Below are positions 37,801 through 45,630 of a stretch of 64,000 nt of DNA, piece after piece; positions within the stretch are counted from its first letter, which is position 1, and every line of letters starts with the position of its first letter. The DNA lies in the NCBI GenBank assembly GCA_016432345.1, contig CP066685.1:48236-112235 (forward strand), read 5' to 3'. The notes below the pieces were generated by a model. The model was not told the origin of the DNA and made no database searches. It saw only the letters and a list, made by a program, of their open reading frames with translations. Both the position numbers and the translations under genes were made by a program. The stretch is from Candidatus Levyibacteriota bacterium. GTDB lineage: Bacteria; Patescibacteriota; Microgenomatia; Levybacterales; UBA12049.

Positions 37801-38277
37801 CATAACGAAAAACACGAACCATTCGAAGTCTTTATTACTATCGGTAAATCCGGGTCTGATATCGCAGCTATGGCCGAGGCCTTGGGCAGAACTATTTCCC
37901 TTTCTTTACGCTTAAACGGTGGTTTGCCGGCGCGGGAAAGAATTCGCCAGGTGATTGCGCAACTAGCAGGTATTGGAGGCGCAGGGAGTGTGGGTTTTGG
38001 GAAAGATAGGGTGCGATCTTTGCCTGATGCAGTGGCCAAAGTGCTAGCTAAACATTATGGATTTCGGGTAAATGGAAAAGTAGAAGATAAAGAAGAGGGC
38101 ACTGTAAGTAATGGGCATGTTGCCGAGGCAACAGGTATGAGTATGGTTCAGCAATTGGCTATTGATGGGTCGTCTTCGACAAGCTTGTTTGATCTATGCC
38201 CAGACTGCGGAGCAGGAACTTTTGCCTACGAAGAAGGTTGTAAAAAATGCTATTCATGCGGATACTCGGCGTGTTGA
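34864..38277 (+). CDS. nrdJ: Class II (adenosylcobalamin-dependent) ribonucleotide reductase NrdJ, intein-containing
   Basis: The extein is about 778 aa. The active-site NPCGE motif is split as ...INCVNP | intein | CGEEGLPAWGVCNLASLNL. A C-terminal Cys-rich tail reads CPDCGAG...CKKCYSCGYSAC. Confidence 0.9.
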   Translation: MKLEGIREKVFLDRYSLKDKEGKPVEKTPEEMWRRVAKGVAKVEKPKLRKVWEDKFYKAMEYFKFVPGGRVLAGAGTGYAVTFYNCFVIPSPKDSRGGILDTLKQMVEIMAHGGGVGINLSSLRPRGFRVKKVNGFSSGPCNWAELFSVATKDIIQQGGSRRGALMLMLWDWHPDIEEFITVKQDLTRINGANLSVCASDEFMEAVKKDADWDLIFPDTTDPEYDEKWDGIMANWKKMGKKVKVYKTVKARHLWDLICKAAWTSAEPGLVFMERYNKWYNNWYWNTINCVNPCVTGDTLVSTTNGLQSMRKLYDGGMPFRVVVDGKHYLSTHVKLTGVKPVYKLKTREGYELRLTEDHKVFTTNGKKEAGKLVAGEKILLSAGGAFGTVGTLDEGRVLGWLVGDGSMKEDVATLFFYRKEKQELAPQFALMVEKMVEGEQVVARSYPVAPQYVEKEDKAVVESVRLWRIANRYGITHANKYVVPEKIFEGAEEFQRGFLQGLFSSDGSVQGTVQKGVSVRLTSISRELLVGAQKLLLNFGIVSKLYENRRVAQSRFLPDGKGGSKEYMCKAYHELVVAKDSLIAYAALVGFLQEEKQEKLRTLLSLYKEGPYKQPFVATFSSLKAGGVEEVFDITVSDIHRFSANGLVVSNCGEEGLPAWGVCNLASLNLSAFVKGYTLDKPGTFDYESLAEHARIGVRFQDDVVDADQYVYPQIKEMQLNGERRIGLGTLGLADALIKMHLRYGSAEAQKVVDKIYQTIRDAAYDESINIAKEKGAFPKINVKKHLLGYFIKQLPEGVKKKMQKYGVRNSMLLQAAPTGTTSLLSGASSGVEPVYEFEYTHNGRLGKQTVFHSLYGEWKKAHPDAKRPDYFVGANDLTPEDHVKIQATVQKYVDASISKTVNAPNAHTVEDVKKLYMMAYDAGCKGITYMRDGSRLGVLQRVEEPSVSQPAIMKRPIMVQGVTYQTNTPVGEAFVTINHNEKHEPFEVFITIGKSGSDIAAMAEALGRTISLSLRLNGGLPARERIRQVIAQLAGIGGAGSVGFGKDRVRSLPDAVAKVLAKHYGFRVNGKVEDKEEGTVSNGHVAEATGMSMVQQLAIDGSSSTSLFDLCPDCGAGTFAYEEGCKKCYSCGYSAC
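35740..36816 (+). mobile_element. Intein (359 aa) with LAGLIDADG homing-endonuclease domain
   Basis: Starts CVTGDTLV, has block B LRLTEDHKVF, and ends GLVVSN followed by +1 Cys. LAGLIDADG motifs are LGWLVGDGSM and FLQGLFSSDGSV. Confidence 0.85.
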
Positions 38278-38278
38278 A

Positions 38279-38680
38279 ATGGAAGAACAAAACAATAGAA
38301 GATTTGCCAATATTTTTATTGGTATTTTGATCCTTTTAATCATTGGATATTTTGGTTATGGATATATTGCTTCTCAAGATGCTGCAAAAAAAAGCGCAGA
38401 ATTAACAACACAGAATAAACCAACTCCAACTATCGTCCTTGTTGATTATGTGAAGTATCAAGGAAAAACAGGAAAGAATGCTATGCAGCTTTTGCAAGAA
38501 AAATCTTCAGTTGAGACTGCAACATCAGGACTTATTATTGCTATTAATGGAAGAAGAGCAGATAATGCAAAACGTGAGTATTGGGCATTTTATGTGAACG
38601 GCAAACTGGCAACTGTTGGCTCGTCTGATTATCAAACAAAGGATGAAGATATGATTGAGTGGAAAATAGATAAGTATTAA
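38279..38680 (+). CDS. DUF4430-like protein with membrane anchor (possible cobalamin binder)
   Basis: TM anchor, then YWAFYVNGKLATVGSSDYQTKDEDMIEWK, which resembles the DUF4430 domain related to the transcobalamin beta-domain. Start trimmed to the ATG at 38279. Confidence 0.5.
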   Translation: MEEQNNRRFANIFIGILILLIIGYFGYGYIASQDAAKKSAELTTQNKPTPTIVLVDYVKYQGKTGKNAMQLLQEKSSVETATSGLIIAINGRRADNAKREYWAFYVNGKLATVGSSDYQTKDEDMIEWKIDKY

Positions 38681-38685
38681 GTATT

Positions 38686-39219
38686 ATGTATCAAGTATTA
38701 AGGGAGATAACGAATCCATTATTAATTATTGGTATTGCTGTTGCTTTGCGGCTTGTGCCGCATCCTGCAAATTTTGCGCCGATTGGGGCTATGGCGTTGT
38801 TTGGAGGAGCATATCTTAACAAGAAATATGCATTAGCAGTACCACTACTAGCAATGTTGGTATCGGATTTTTTTATTGGTTTTCATAATACCATGGGTTT
38901 TGTGTATGCAAGCTTTTTACTTATTGGCATTCTTGGTTTGTGGTTAAGAAGGCACAAAAATGTTAGAAATGTGATAGGTGCTGCGTTTGTTTCCTCAATA
39001 CTTTTTTTCCTTATTACCAACTTTGGAGTATGGTTGGTTAGTAATATCTATCCAAAAACTGCTGCAGGACTAATAGAATGTTATGTTGTAGCAATCCCGT
39101 TTTTTAGAAATACATTACTTGGAGATTTGTTTTATGTAGGTTTATTTTTTTTTGGTTACGAAGCAGTGTTGAGGTTTATAAAAAGCTATGGTCAAAATCT
39201 ACACAAAAACAGGGGATAA
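38686..39219 (+). CDS. Small multi-pass membrane protein (candidate vitamin/B12 transporter component)
   Basis: About 5-6 TM segments. The HPANFAPIGAMALFGGAYL motif resembles S-component-like membrane proteins. The function is inferred from context only. Confidence 0.4.
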   Translation: MYQVLREITNPLLIIGIAVALRLVPHPANFAPIGAMALFGGAYLNKKYALAVPLLAMLVSDFFIGFHNTMGFVYASFLLIGILGLWLRRHKNVRNVIGAAFVSSILFFLITNFGVWLVSNIYPKTAAGLIECYVVAIPFFRNTLLGDLFYVGLFFFGYEAVLRFIKSYGQNLHKNRG

Positions 39220-39727
39220 AGGGGAGACATCGCTATATGGCGGAAAAAGAGTATCAAAAGCAGATCTAAGAGTTGAAGCCTATGGGACAGTGGATGAACT
39301 CAACAGCGCAATAGGTATTACGATTGCGCAATTTTCAAATAAATCTCAAATAATAAATCTCAAAAAAGAACTTACACAAATTCAAAATGATTTGTTTGAA
39401 ATTGGCTCAATCTTAGCGAGTCCATCAACTATACGCTATACGCTAGACGCTAGACGCTTGGAGAAGATGATTGATGAGATGACAAAAGAACTTCCAGAGC
39501 TTCGAAACTTTATTTTGCCAGGAGGAGGTATTGTAGGTTCGTATTTGCATCTTACTCGTTCGATTGCAAGGCGGGCAGAACGAAGAATTGTTGTATTGTC
39601 TCAAAAAGAGCAGGTTGACAAAAGTATTTTAATGTATTTTAATCGTCTTTCTGATTTGCTGTTTACCATGGCTAGGTTTGTAAATTATAAAGAAAATAAA
39701 AAAGAAGTTATTTGGACAAATAAATAG
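39188..39727 (+). CDS. pduO: PduO-type ATP:cob(I)alamin adenosyltransferase
   Basis: KIYTKTGDKGETSLYGGKRVSK, DELNSAIG, NFILPGG and ARRAERR. Confidence 0.9.
   Translation: MVKIYTKTGDKGETSLYGGKRVSKADLRVEAYGTVDELNSAIGITIAQFSNKSQIINLKKELTQIQNDLFEIGSILASPSTIRYTLDARRLEKMIDEMTKELPELRNFILPGGGIVGSYLHLTRSIARRAERRIVVLSQKEQVDKSILMYFNRLSDLLFTMARFVNYKENKKEVIWTNK
39429..39458 (+). repeat. Heptad array (CTATACG CTATACG CTAGACG CTAGACG) in frame inside pduO
   Basis: This is the right-arm type of the palindromic family. 22 nt (39424-39445) are identical to 52944-52965. Encodes STIRYTLDARR. Confidence 0.9.
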
Positions 39728-39818
39728 ACGGGTGAAACCTTGTGAAATTCAAGGGTAGTGCCGCTACTGTGACAACCAGAGCCCCGATATGAGTCTTCCG
39801 AGCAGAAGCGTTTTTTTT
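39728..39818 (+). ncRNA. Candidate cobalamin riboswitch (short variant)
   Basis: GGUGAAACCUUGUGAAAUUCAAGGGUAGUGCCGCUACUGUGA aligns without gaps to the core consensus AGGGAAnnnnGGUGnAAnUCCnnnnCnGnnCCCGCnACUGUnA. The CCUUG-UGAAAUU-CAAGG hairpin resembles P4/L4, and CGGG...CCCG forms a closing helix. A U8 run precedes the ATG at 39819. Confidence 0.45.
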
Positions 39819-40916
39819 ATGGAAAGAGAAGTAAGATTAGGCTCGCAAGCTTTTGATGTTGAAAAAGAAAGAGTATACGGAAATAAACAAATTCGTGATG
39901 ATTTAGTGTCGTATTTAGACGAATATCGTTTGCAAGTATCAAAACATGGTTTTGAATTTCAATATTCTGGTTATAAGGTTAAGGATATATATAGTGGCGA
40001 GCCAATGAGCGTTAAGACAAAACGAACTTTAGCAGAGCGACGAGCAAAAGGATTGCCAATACACAGAGAATTAGCAGAAGATGCAGGTATTGAAAGTCTT
40101 GATGAGCAGTTGGCATATGCCAAAGAAGGAGACCGTATTTTTTGGATGAGCCCGCCAGGACCAAAAGAAGATGGATATGGTAATTATGGCTTTGTTTTTG
40201 AAGGTAGAGTTGTGGGTGAGCGTCTTTTTATGACTGCAAATCGAATAGAAAAACCAACTATTGCCCAGTGCAACAAAGCATTTTTTGAATTAACAAGAGA
40301 TAATGTTGGCTATATAAATCCAGAGGGATTTTTAGCCAACCCCAGAGTTGTTAGAAATAGTATGGTTGATGCAGATTTTATCTTGCAAAGAAATTTTTCG
40401 TTTGCAGTAGATCAGAAAGAAGCATTAATAAATAAACAAGTTATTGCAGAAATGGATTCGATGATTGATGAATTTGTTGGGGTAGTAAAAACAGGCACGC
40501 GAGAAGAAAAGATTACTGCTTTTCATGCGCTGGAAAATTACGCGCTCGAACTCAAAAAACGTCTTATGCATAAGGCCGAAGCAAGGGAAAACGATAACAT
40601 TATTTTTATGAGCGAATATCGTGATCATAGATATTTAGCAGATATACTGAATGTCTATGGATATATGCCCCCCATTGTTGCGGGAAGCTGTGGACCAACC
40701 GGAGAGGAAACAAAAAGTAACGATCTGTTTGCCGATAATTTTAAAGATTTAATGAAGGCAATTTTTGGAGACTTGAAGGAGATGTTTGGTATTGATGAAG
40801 AATCTTATTCTTTTGATAAGAGCGGTACGTGTGTGCGGTGCAAAAACGAAGGCATGCTTGGTCCGTGTAATTTGTGTCAAGGGTGTGATAGCTACTTACG
40901 ATTGCAAGCCGCGTAA
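39819..40916 (+). CDS. Hypothetical protein with C-terminal Cys cluster
   Basis: 366 aa from the ATG at 39819 (the track start 39789 lies inside the leader structure). Ends CVRCKNEGMLGPCNLCQGCDSYL. No family recognised. Confidence 0.5.
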   Translation: MEREVRLGSQAFDVEKERVYGNKQIRDDLVSYLDEYRLQVSKHGFEFQYSGYKVKDIYSGEPMSVKTKRTLAERRAKGLPIHRELAEDAGIESLDEQLAYAKEGDRIFWMSPPGPKEDGYGNYGFVFEGRVVGERLFMTANRIEKPTIAQCNKAFFELTRDNVGYINPEGFLANPRVVRNSMVDADFILQRNFSFAVDQKEALINKQVIAEMDSMIDEFVGVVKTGTREEKITAFHALENYALELKKRLMHKAEARENDNIIFMSEYRDHRYLADILNVYGYMPPIVAGSCGPTGEETKSNDLFADNFKDLMKAIFGDLKEMFGIDEESYSFDKSGTCVRCKNEGMLGPCNLCQGCDSYLRLQAA

Positions 40917-40962
40917 TAAAGCGTTTTGCCTAAAAATGGGTTTTTTGTGATATCATGAGAAT

Positions 40963-41427
40963 ATGGATGATACTGTCCAGAATTCAGTTCAAAGTTCAAA
41001 GTTCAAAGTTCAAAGCCAGACGCAGGGAGACGATAGTGCGACGACCCAAGTTCAGTCTCAGGTTGTTCCGCAGCCTGTTGGATCAGTTGCAAAAGAACAT
41101 GGGCCGATTGAGGAATACATTAAATCATCGGGAGCAGAATTAGAGCTTATTATACCAGAGGAACTTAAAAATCATGTTGAGGTGGTTTCGGATCGGGAAA
41201 AACCACAGCTTACTCATCATCATAAAGCAGTTGGAATTCATCCCGCCAAAGAATCGGTGTCTGTAGCTGTACAGCCGCAGCAGGTAATTCAGCTCCCAAT
41301 GACAGAAGAAGAGGCTTTGCAAGCAATAAAAACAACAAGCATAAGCGATTCCAAACATTGGATGGCTGTTTTAATTGAAAAGGTTTATGAACATATAAGA
41401 AATATGCATAGAAGAATAACAAATTAG
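40963..41427 (+). CDS. Hypothetical protein
   Basis: 154-aa ORF ending 1 nt before the next gene. The N-terminus contains a heptamer repeat, so the start codon is uncertain. Confidence 0.4.
   Translation: MDDTVQNSVQSSKFKVQSQTQGDDSATTQVQSQVVPQPVGSVAKEHGPIEEYIKSSGAELELIIPEELKNHVEVVSDREKPQLTHHHKAVGIHPAKESVSVAVQPQQVIQLPMTEEEALQAIKTTSISDSKHWMAVLIEKVYEHIRNMHRRITN
40986..41015 (+). repeat. Tandem heptanucleotide repeat (GTTCAAA)x4
   Basis: Period-7 tract of 30 bp. Preceded by CAGAATTCAG, which matches the unit of the gap repeat. Confidence 0.9.
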
Positions 41428-41428
41428 T

Positions 41429-43810
41429 ATGCCATTACAAGGATTTACGCCAGAAAATATTAGTTCGGTTTTGACCTTAATTTTTTTTGCTCTCATTGCA
41501 GCTTTGGGATTTCTTTTAGGGGCATGGGGATTTTTGTATATCTTTTTGCTTTGGATTAGAAATAAAGACCGAGAACAAGAAGCACTGGATTCGGTGTTAT
41601 TGCAAATTGCCGTGCCGCGGGATAACGAAATTAAAATTGACGCGGCAGAACAAATGTTTTCCTCGCTTGCCTCGATTAAAAAAAGTGGAAGATTAATGTT
41701 TTTTAAAAGACAGCCGCATATTTCTTTTGAAATTGTCGGGTTGCCGGGAGATATTCGTTTTTACGTGCATGTGTCGCAAAATTTACGGGATTTGGTAGAA
41801 AAACAAATTAACGGCGCGTATCCAGATGCCGAAATAGTGGTGGTTGATGAGATGGCGGCAAAGCAAAAGCACGCAAATGTTTTAGGAAATGAATATAATA
41901 TTTTTTCAGAAGGCGGCAAGGTTGCCTTTGCTTCTTTAAAACTAAAAGCTGTAGATTACAAGCCAATAAAAGTGTATAAAGATTTAGCTGTTGATCCGCT
42001 TTCTTCAATTACCTCAGTTTTGGCCAAAATGACAGATGGTGAAGGTGCGGCAGTTCAAATTATGGTAAGACCATCAAGTAGTGATTGGAAAAAGCAAGGC
42101 CGTTCGTATGTGTCTAAAATTAAAAAAACAGAGGCTAATCCAGAAACTGCCAAGTATTCGGCAGACAGTAAAGAGCTTGAGGCAATTGAAAATAAAGTCA
42201 GTAAACCAGGTTTTGATGTAGTGGTGCGAATTGTTGTGTCATCAAGCAGTAAAGAAGTGGCGCAAGCGCATTTATCCAATATTAAAAGCGCGTTTTCCCA
42301 GTTTGACGGGATTAATTCTTTTACCAGTAACAAACATAGATTTAAAAGCCTATTTTTAACAGATTTTATTTATCGCTACATGCCAATGCGCGGGCAGACA
42401 TCTGTTTTGTCCAGCGAAGAGTTAGCCACAATTTTTCACTTTCCCAACAAAAGCATTACCACGCCTAATATTTATTGGATGACAGCCAAAAGAGCTCCAG
42501 CCCCGGCTACCATTCCAGATAGCGGTTTATATTTGGGCAGAAGTACTTACAGGGGTCTTTCCAAGTCTGTTTTTATGTCGGAGGATGATAGAAGAAGGCA
42601 CATGTATATTATTGGCAAAACCGGTACTGGCAAGTCGGAATTTTTAAAAGATATGATTATGCAGGATATTAGAGATGGCAAGGGTTTGGCAGTGATTGAC
42701 CCACATGGTGATTTAATTGAAGATATGTTGCCCATGATTCCGCCTAGTCGGGCAGAGGATGTTATTTTGTTTGATCCATCAGATGCTAGTCGGCCAATGG
42801 GTTTTAATATGCTTGAAGCCCAAACCGAAGAGCAGAAGCATTATGTTGTGTCATCAATCATTGGACTTATGTACAAACTTTTTGATCCTAATAAAACAGG
42901 TATTATTGGTCCTCGTTTTGAACACGCCATTAGAAACGCCATGTTAACAGTTATGTACGAGAAGGGAAGTACTTTTATTGAAGTGGTGCGAGTACTTACT
43001 GATGCAGCGTATGTGCAGGAACTGTTGCCTAAAGTGCAAGACCCAATTGTGCGGCGCTACTGGACAGATCAAATTGCCCAAACATCAGATTTCCATAAAT
43101 CAGAAGTTTTGGATTATATTGTGTCAAAGTTTGGCCGTTTTGTTACCAACAAAATGATTAGAAACATTATTGGGCAATCGGATAGTGCGTTTAATTTTAG
43201 AAAAGTTATGGACGAGGGGAAAATTTTACTGGTTAACTTAGCCAAAGGGAGAATAGGCGAGGAAAACTCCAGCTTCTTAGGTCTTATTTTGGTGCCAAAA
43301 ATTTTAGTGGCAGCCATGAGCAGACAAGATATGCCAAAAGATCAAAGACGCGACTTCTTTTTATATGTTGACGAGTTTCAAAATTTTGCCACGCCAGATT
43401 TTGCCCAGATTTTATCAGAAGCTAGAAAATACAAACTAAATCTGGTGGTGGCAAATCAATTTATTGGACAAATGGAAGAGGAGGTCAAAAACGCCATTTT
43501 TGGTAATGTTGGATCAGTTGTTTCTTTCCGCGTTGGAGTAACCGATGCAAATTACTTACAGCATGAATTCCAGCCCACTTTTACCGAAGCGGATCTTATT
43601 AATGTGGAGCGTTTTAATACTTACATTAAAAAAATTGTGGGCGGAGAACCTGTTTCGCCTTTTTCCATGGATTTGACTCGTGATTTAACTAAGGAAAAAG
43701 CCGCTGCTAATCCCCGGGTGGCCGAGTTGATTCGCGAACTCTCGCGTCTTAAGTATGGTCGCGACGCGGCAGTTGTTGAAGCCGAGATTGCGCAACGAGC
43801 TAGGCTTTAG
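41429..43810 (+). CDS. Membrane-anchored VirD4/TraG-like (TrwB/DUF87-type) ATPase
   Basis: N-terminal TM hairpin, Walker A IIGKTGTGKSEF, Walker B-like FLYVDEFQNFAT and a C-terminal TraD/TraG-like region. Confidence 0.6.
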   Translation: MPLQGFTPENISSVLTLIFFALIAALGFLLGAWGFLYIFLLWIRNKDREQEALDSVLLQIAVPRDNEIKIDAAEQMFSSLASIKKSGRLMFFKRQPHISFEIVGLPGDIRFYVHVSQNLRDLVEKQINGAYPDAEIVVVDEMAAKQKHANVLGNEYNIFSEGGKVAFASLKLKAVDYKPIKVYKDLAVDPLSSITSVLAKMTDGEGAAVQIMVRPSSSDWKKQGRSYVSKIKKTEANPETAKYSADSKELEAIENKVSKPGFDVVVRIVVSSSSKEVAQAHLSNIKSAFSQFDGINSFTSNKHRFKSLFLTDFIYRYMPMRGQTSVLSSEELATIFHFPNKSITTPNIYWMTAKRAPAPATIPDSGLYLGRSTYRGLSKSVFMSEDDRRRHMYIIGKTGTGKSEFLKDMIMQDIRDGKGLAVIDPHGDLIEDMLPMIPPSRAEDVILFDPSDASRPMGFNMLEAQTEEQKHYVVSSIIGLMYKLFDPNKTGIIGPRFEHAIRNAMLTVMYEKGSTFIEVVRVLTDAAYVQELLPKVQDPIVRRYWTDQIAQTSDFHKSEVLDYIVSKFGRFVTNKMIRNIIGQSDSAFNFRKVMDEGKILLVNLAKGRIGEENSSFLGLILVPKILVAAMSRQDMPKDQRRDFFLYVDEFQNFATPDFAQILSEARKYKLNLVVANQFIGQMEEEVKNAIFGNVGSVVSFRVGVTDANYLQHEFQPTFTEADLINVERFNTYIKKIVGGEPVSPFSMDLTRDLTKEKAAANPRVAELIRELSRLKYGRDAAVVEAEIAQRARL

Positions 43811-43828
43811 TATACTATCCAGAAATTA

Positions 43829-43900
43829 GGGCGGATAGCTCAACGGCAGAGCAGATGTCTTATACACATCTGGTTATAGGTTCGAATCCTATTCCGCCCA
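43829..43900 (+). tRNA. tRNA-Ile(UAU)
   Basis: Acceptor GGGCGGA/TCCGCCC, anticodon arm GATGT-CTTATAC-ACATC, T arm ATAGG-TTCGAAT-CCTAT. CCA is not encoded. Confidence 0.85.
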
Positions 43901-43903
43901 CCC

Positions 43904-45628
43904 ATGAAACCTCGATTTTCCTCGCGGCAAACAATTGGAGCGGCATTTCCAGATTTTATTAGTACTGACAAAGGGTACGGTTCGCATAAACATGTAGAGG
44001 AGGGTTTTTTGGGAGGAAAAAGAGCGATGCGCGGCTTCCTTTTACCTTTTTTGCTTTTTTTCTTGGTTGGTATGCTTGTGGCGCGGCTTTTATCAATTGT
44101 AATATTTCAAGGTAAATACTATAGTAGGCTTGCGGAAAATAACAGAGTAAAAACAACAACTATTTATGCTTCGAGAGGAATAATATATGACCGAAACGGC
44201 GTTCCTTTAGTTTTTAATATGCCAGGTTTTCGGCAAAGGGTTGGAGATAAGACAATTATTTTAACTCATGAGGAAGCAACGAGTAAAATTGCAAATGGTG
44301 AAAAAAATATAGAAATAGACAGTCTTAGACAATATCCATATAAAGATGCGTTTGCTCATGTTTTAGGATATATTGGGCAAATTACCAAAGAGGAGCTTAA
44401 CAAGCCTCAATTCTCCGTTTACAAACCAGGAGATATTGTTGGTAAAACTGGCATTGAACAAATATACGAGCAGGAATTGCGGGGGGTAGATGGAAAGCAA
44501 TTAATAGAGGTAGATGCGCTTGGTAAGCTGGTGCGCACACTTGGACAAAAAGAGTCGGTGTCAGGCCATGATGTCGCTTTAACTATAGATAAAAAATTAC
44601 AGGAAGCTGCATTTAATGCTTTAAAAGATATTAAAAAAGGCGCTGTTATTGCCGCAACACCAAAAGGAGAAATATTAGCTATGGTGTCGAAGCCATCGTT
44701 TGATCCAAACTTATTTACTATGGGTAAAACGTATCAAGCGTCAGATAGTGCCTATTCGGATATTACTGCAATACTTACCGATAATGATAATCAGCCGCTT
44801 TTAAATCGGGCAGTTGCGGGAATCTATCCTCCTGGTTCAACATTTAAGCTTATTACAGCTATTGCTGCTTTGGAAGAGAAAAAGATAGATGAGAAGTTTT
44901 CTATTATGGATACAGGAGTGTTACAGGTTGGGACATTTTCTTTTGGCAGTTGGTACTTTTTGCAGTATGGCAGGACGGAGGGAGAGCTAAATGTGGTAGG
45001 TGCGTTAAAGCGGTCCAACGATATTTTTTTCTATAAAACAGCAGAAAAACTGGGGGTTGATGATCTTGCTAAAAGGGCAAAGATGTTTGGTTTGGGACAA
45101 AAACTGGGAATAGATTTAGAAGGTGAAGCGGCAGGTTTAGTTCCGGACCCAGCATGGAAACAAAAAGCTTTAGGTGAGCAGTGGTATCTTGGGGATACGT
45201 ATCATTATGGAATTGGACAGGGGTATTTACTTGCTACGCCGTTGCAGATAAATACTTTCACGCAAGCGATCGTAAATGAGGGGAAAATATATAAACCTCA
45301 TTTATTCAAGAACAATGAATCAAGAATCATAAATAATGCAAACTTATCTAAAAAAAATGTTGATTTAATAAGAGAAGGAATGATTCAAAGTTGTAGTCCT
45401 GGTGGTGTAGCTTGGCCGCTGTTTGAGTTTAAAATAAGCGTTGCTTGTAAAACTGGCACTGCCCAGCATGGGACAGAAAAGGATTTGCCGCACGCCTGGA
45501 TAACACTTTGGGCGCCGGCAAACGAGCCGCAAGTTATAATTACAGTATTAGCAGAATCATCTGGTGAAGGTTCCAATATTGCAGCGCCAATTGCAAAAAA
45601 GATTTTAGATGAGTGGTTTAGTCGGTAG
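43904..45628 (+). CDS. Class B penicillin-binding protein (PBP2/FtsI-type transpeptidase)
   Basis: TM anchor, STFK (SxxK), SND (SxN) and KTGTA motifs. Confidence 0.85.
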   Translation: MKPRFSSRQTIGAAFPDFISTDKGYGSHKHVEEGFLGGKRAMRGFLLPFLLFFLVGMLVARLLSIVIFQGKYYSRLAENNRVKTTTIYASRGIIYDRNGVPLVFNMPGFRQRVGDKTIILTHEEATSKIANGEKNIEIDSLRQYPYKDAFAHVLGYIGQITKEELNKPQFSVYKPGDIVGKTGIEQIYEQELRGVDGKQLIEVDALGKLVRTLGQKESVSGHDVALTIDKKLQEAAFNALKDIKKGAVIAATPKGEILAMVSKPSFDPNLFTMGKTYQASDSAYSDITAILTDNDNQPLLNRAVAGIYPPGSTFKLITAIAALEEKKIDEKFSIMDTGVLQVGTFSFGSWYFLQYGRTEGELNVVGALKRSNDIFFYKTAEKLGVDDLAKRAKMFGLGQKLGIDLEGEAAGLVPDPAWKQKALGEQWYLGDTYHYGIGQGYLLATPLQINTFTQAIVNEGKIYKPHLFKNNESRIINNANLSKKNVDLIREGMIQSCSPGGVAWPLFEFKISVACKTGTAQHGTEKDLPHAWITLWAPANEPQVIITVLAESSGEGSNIAAPIAKKILDEWFSR

Positions 45629-45630
45629 TG

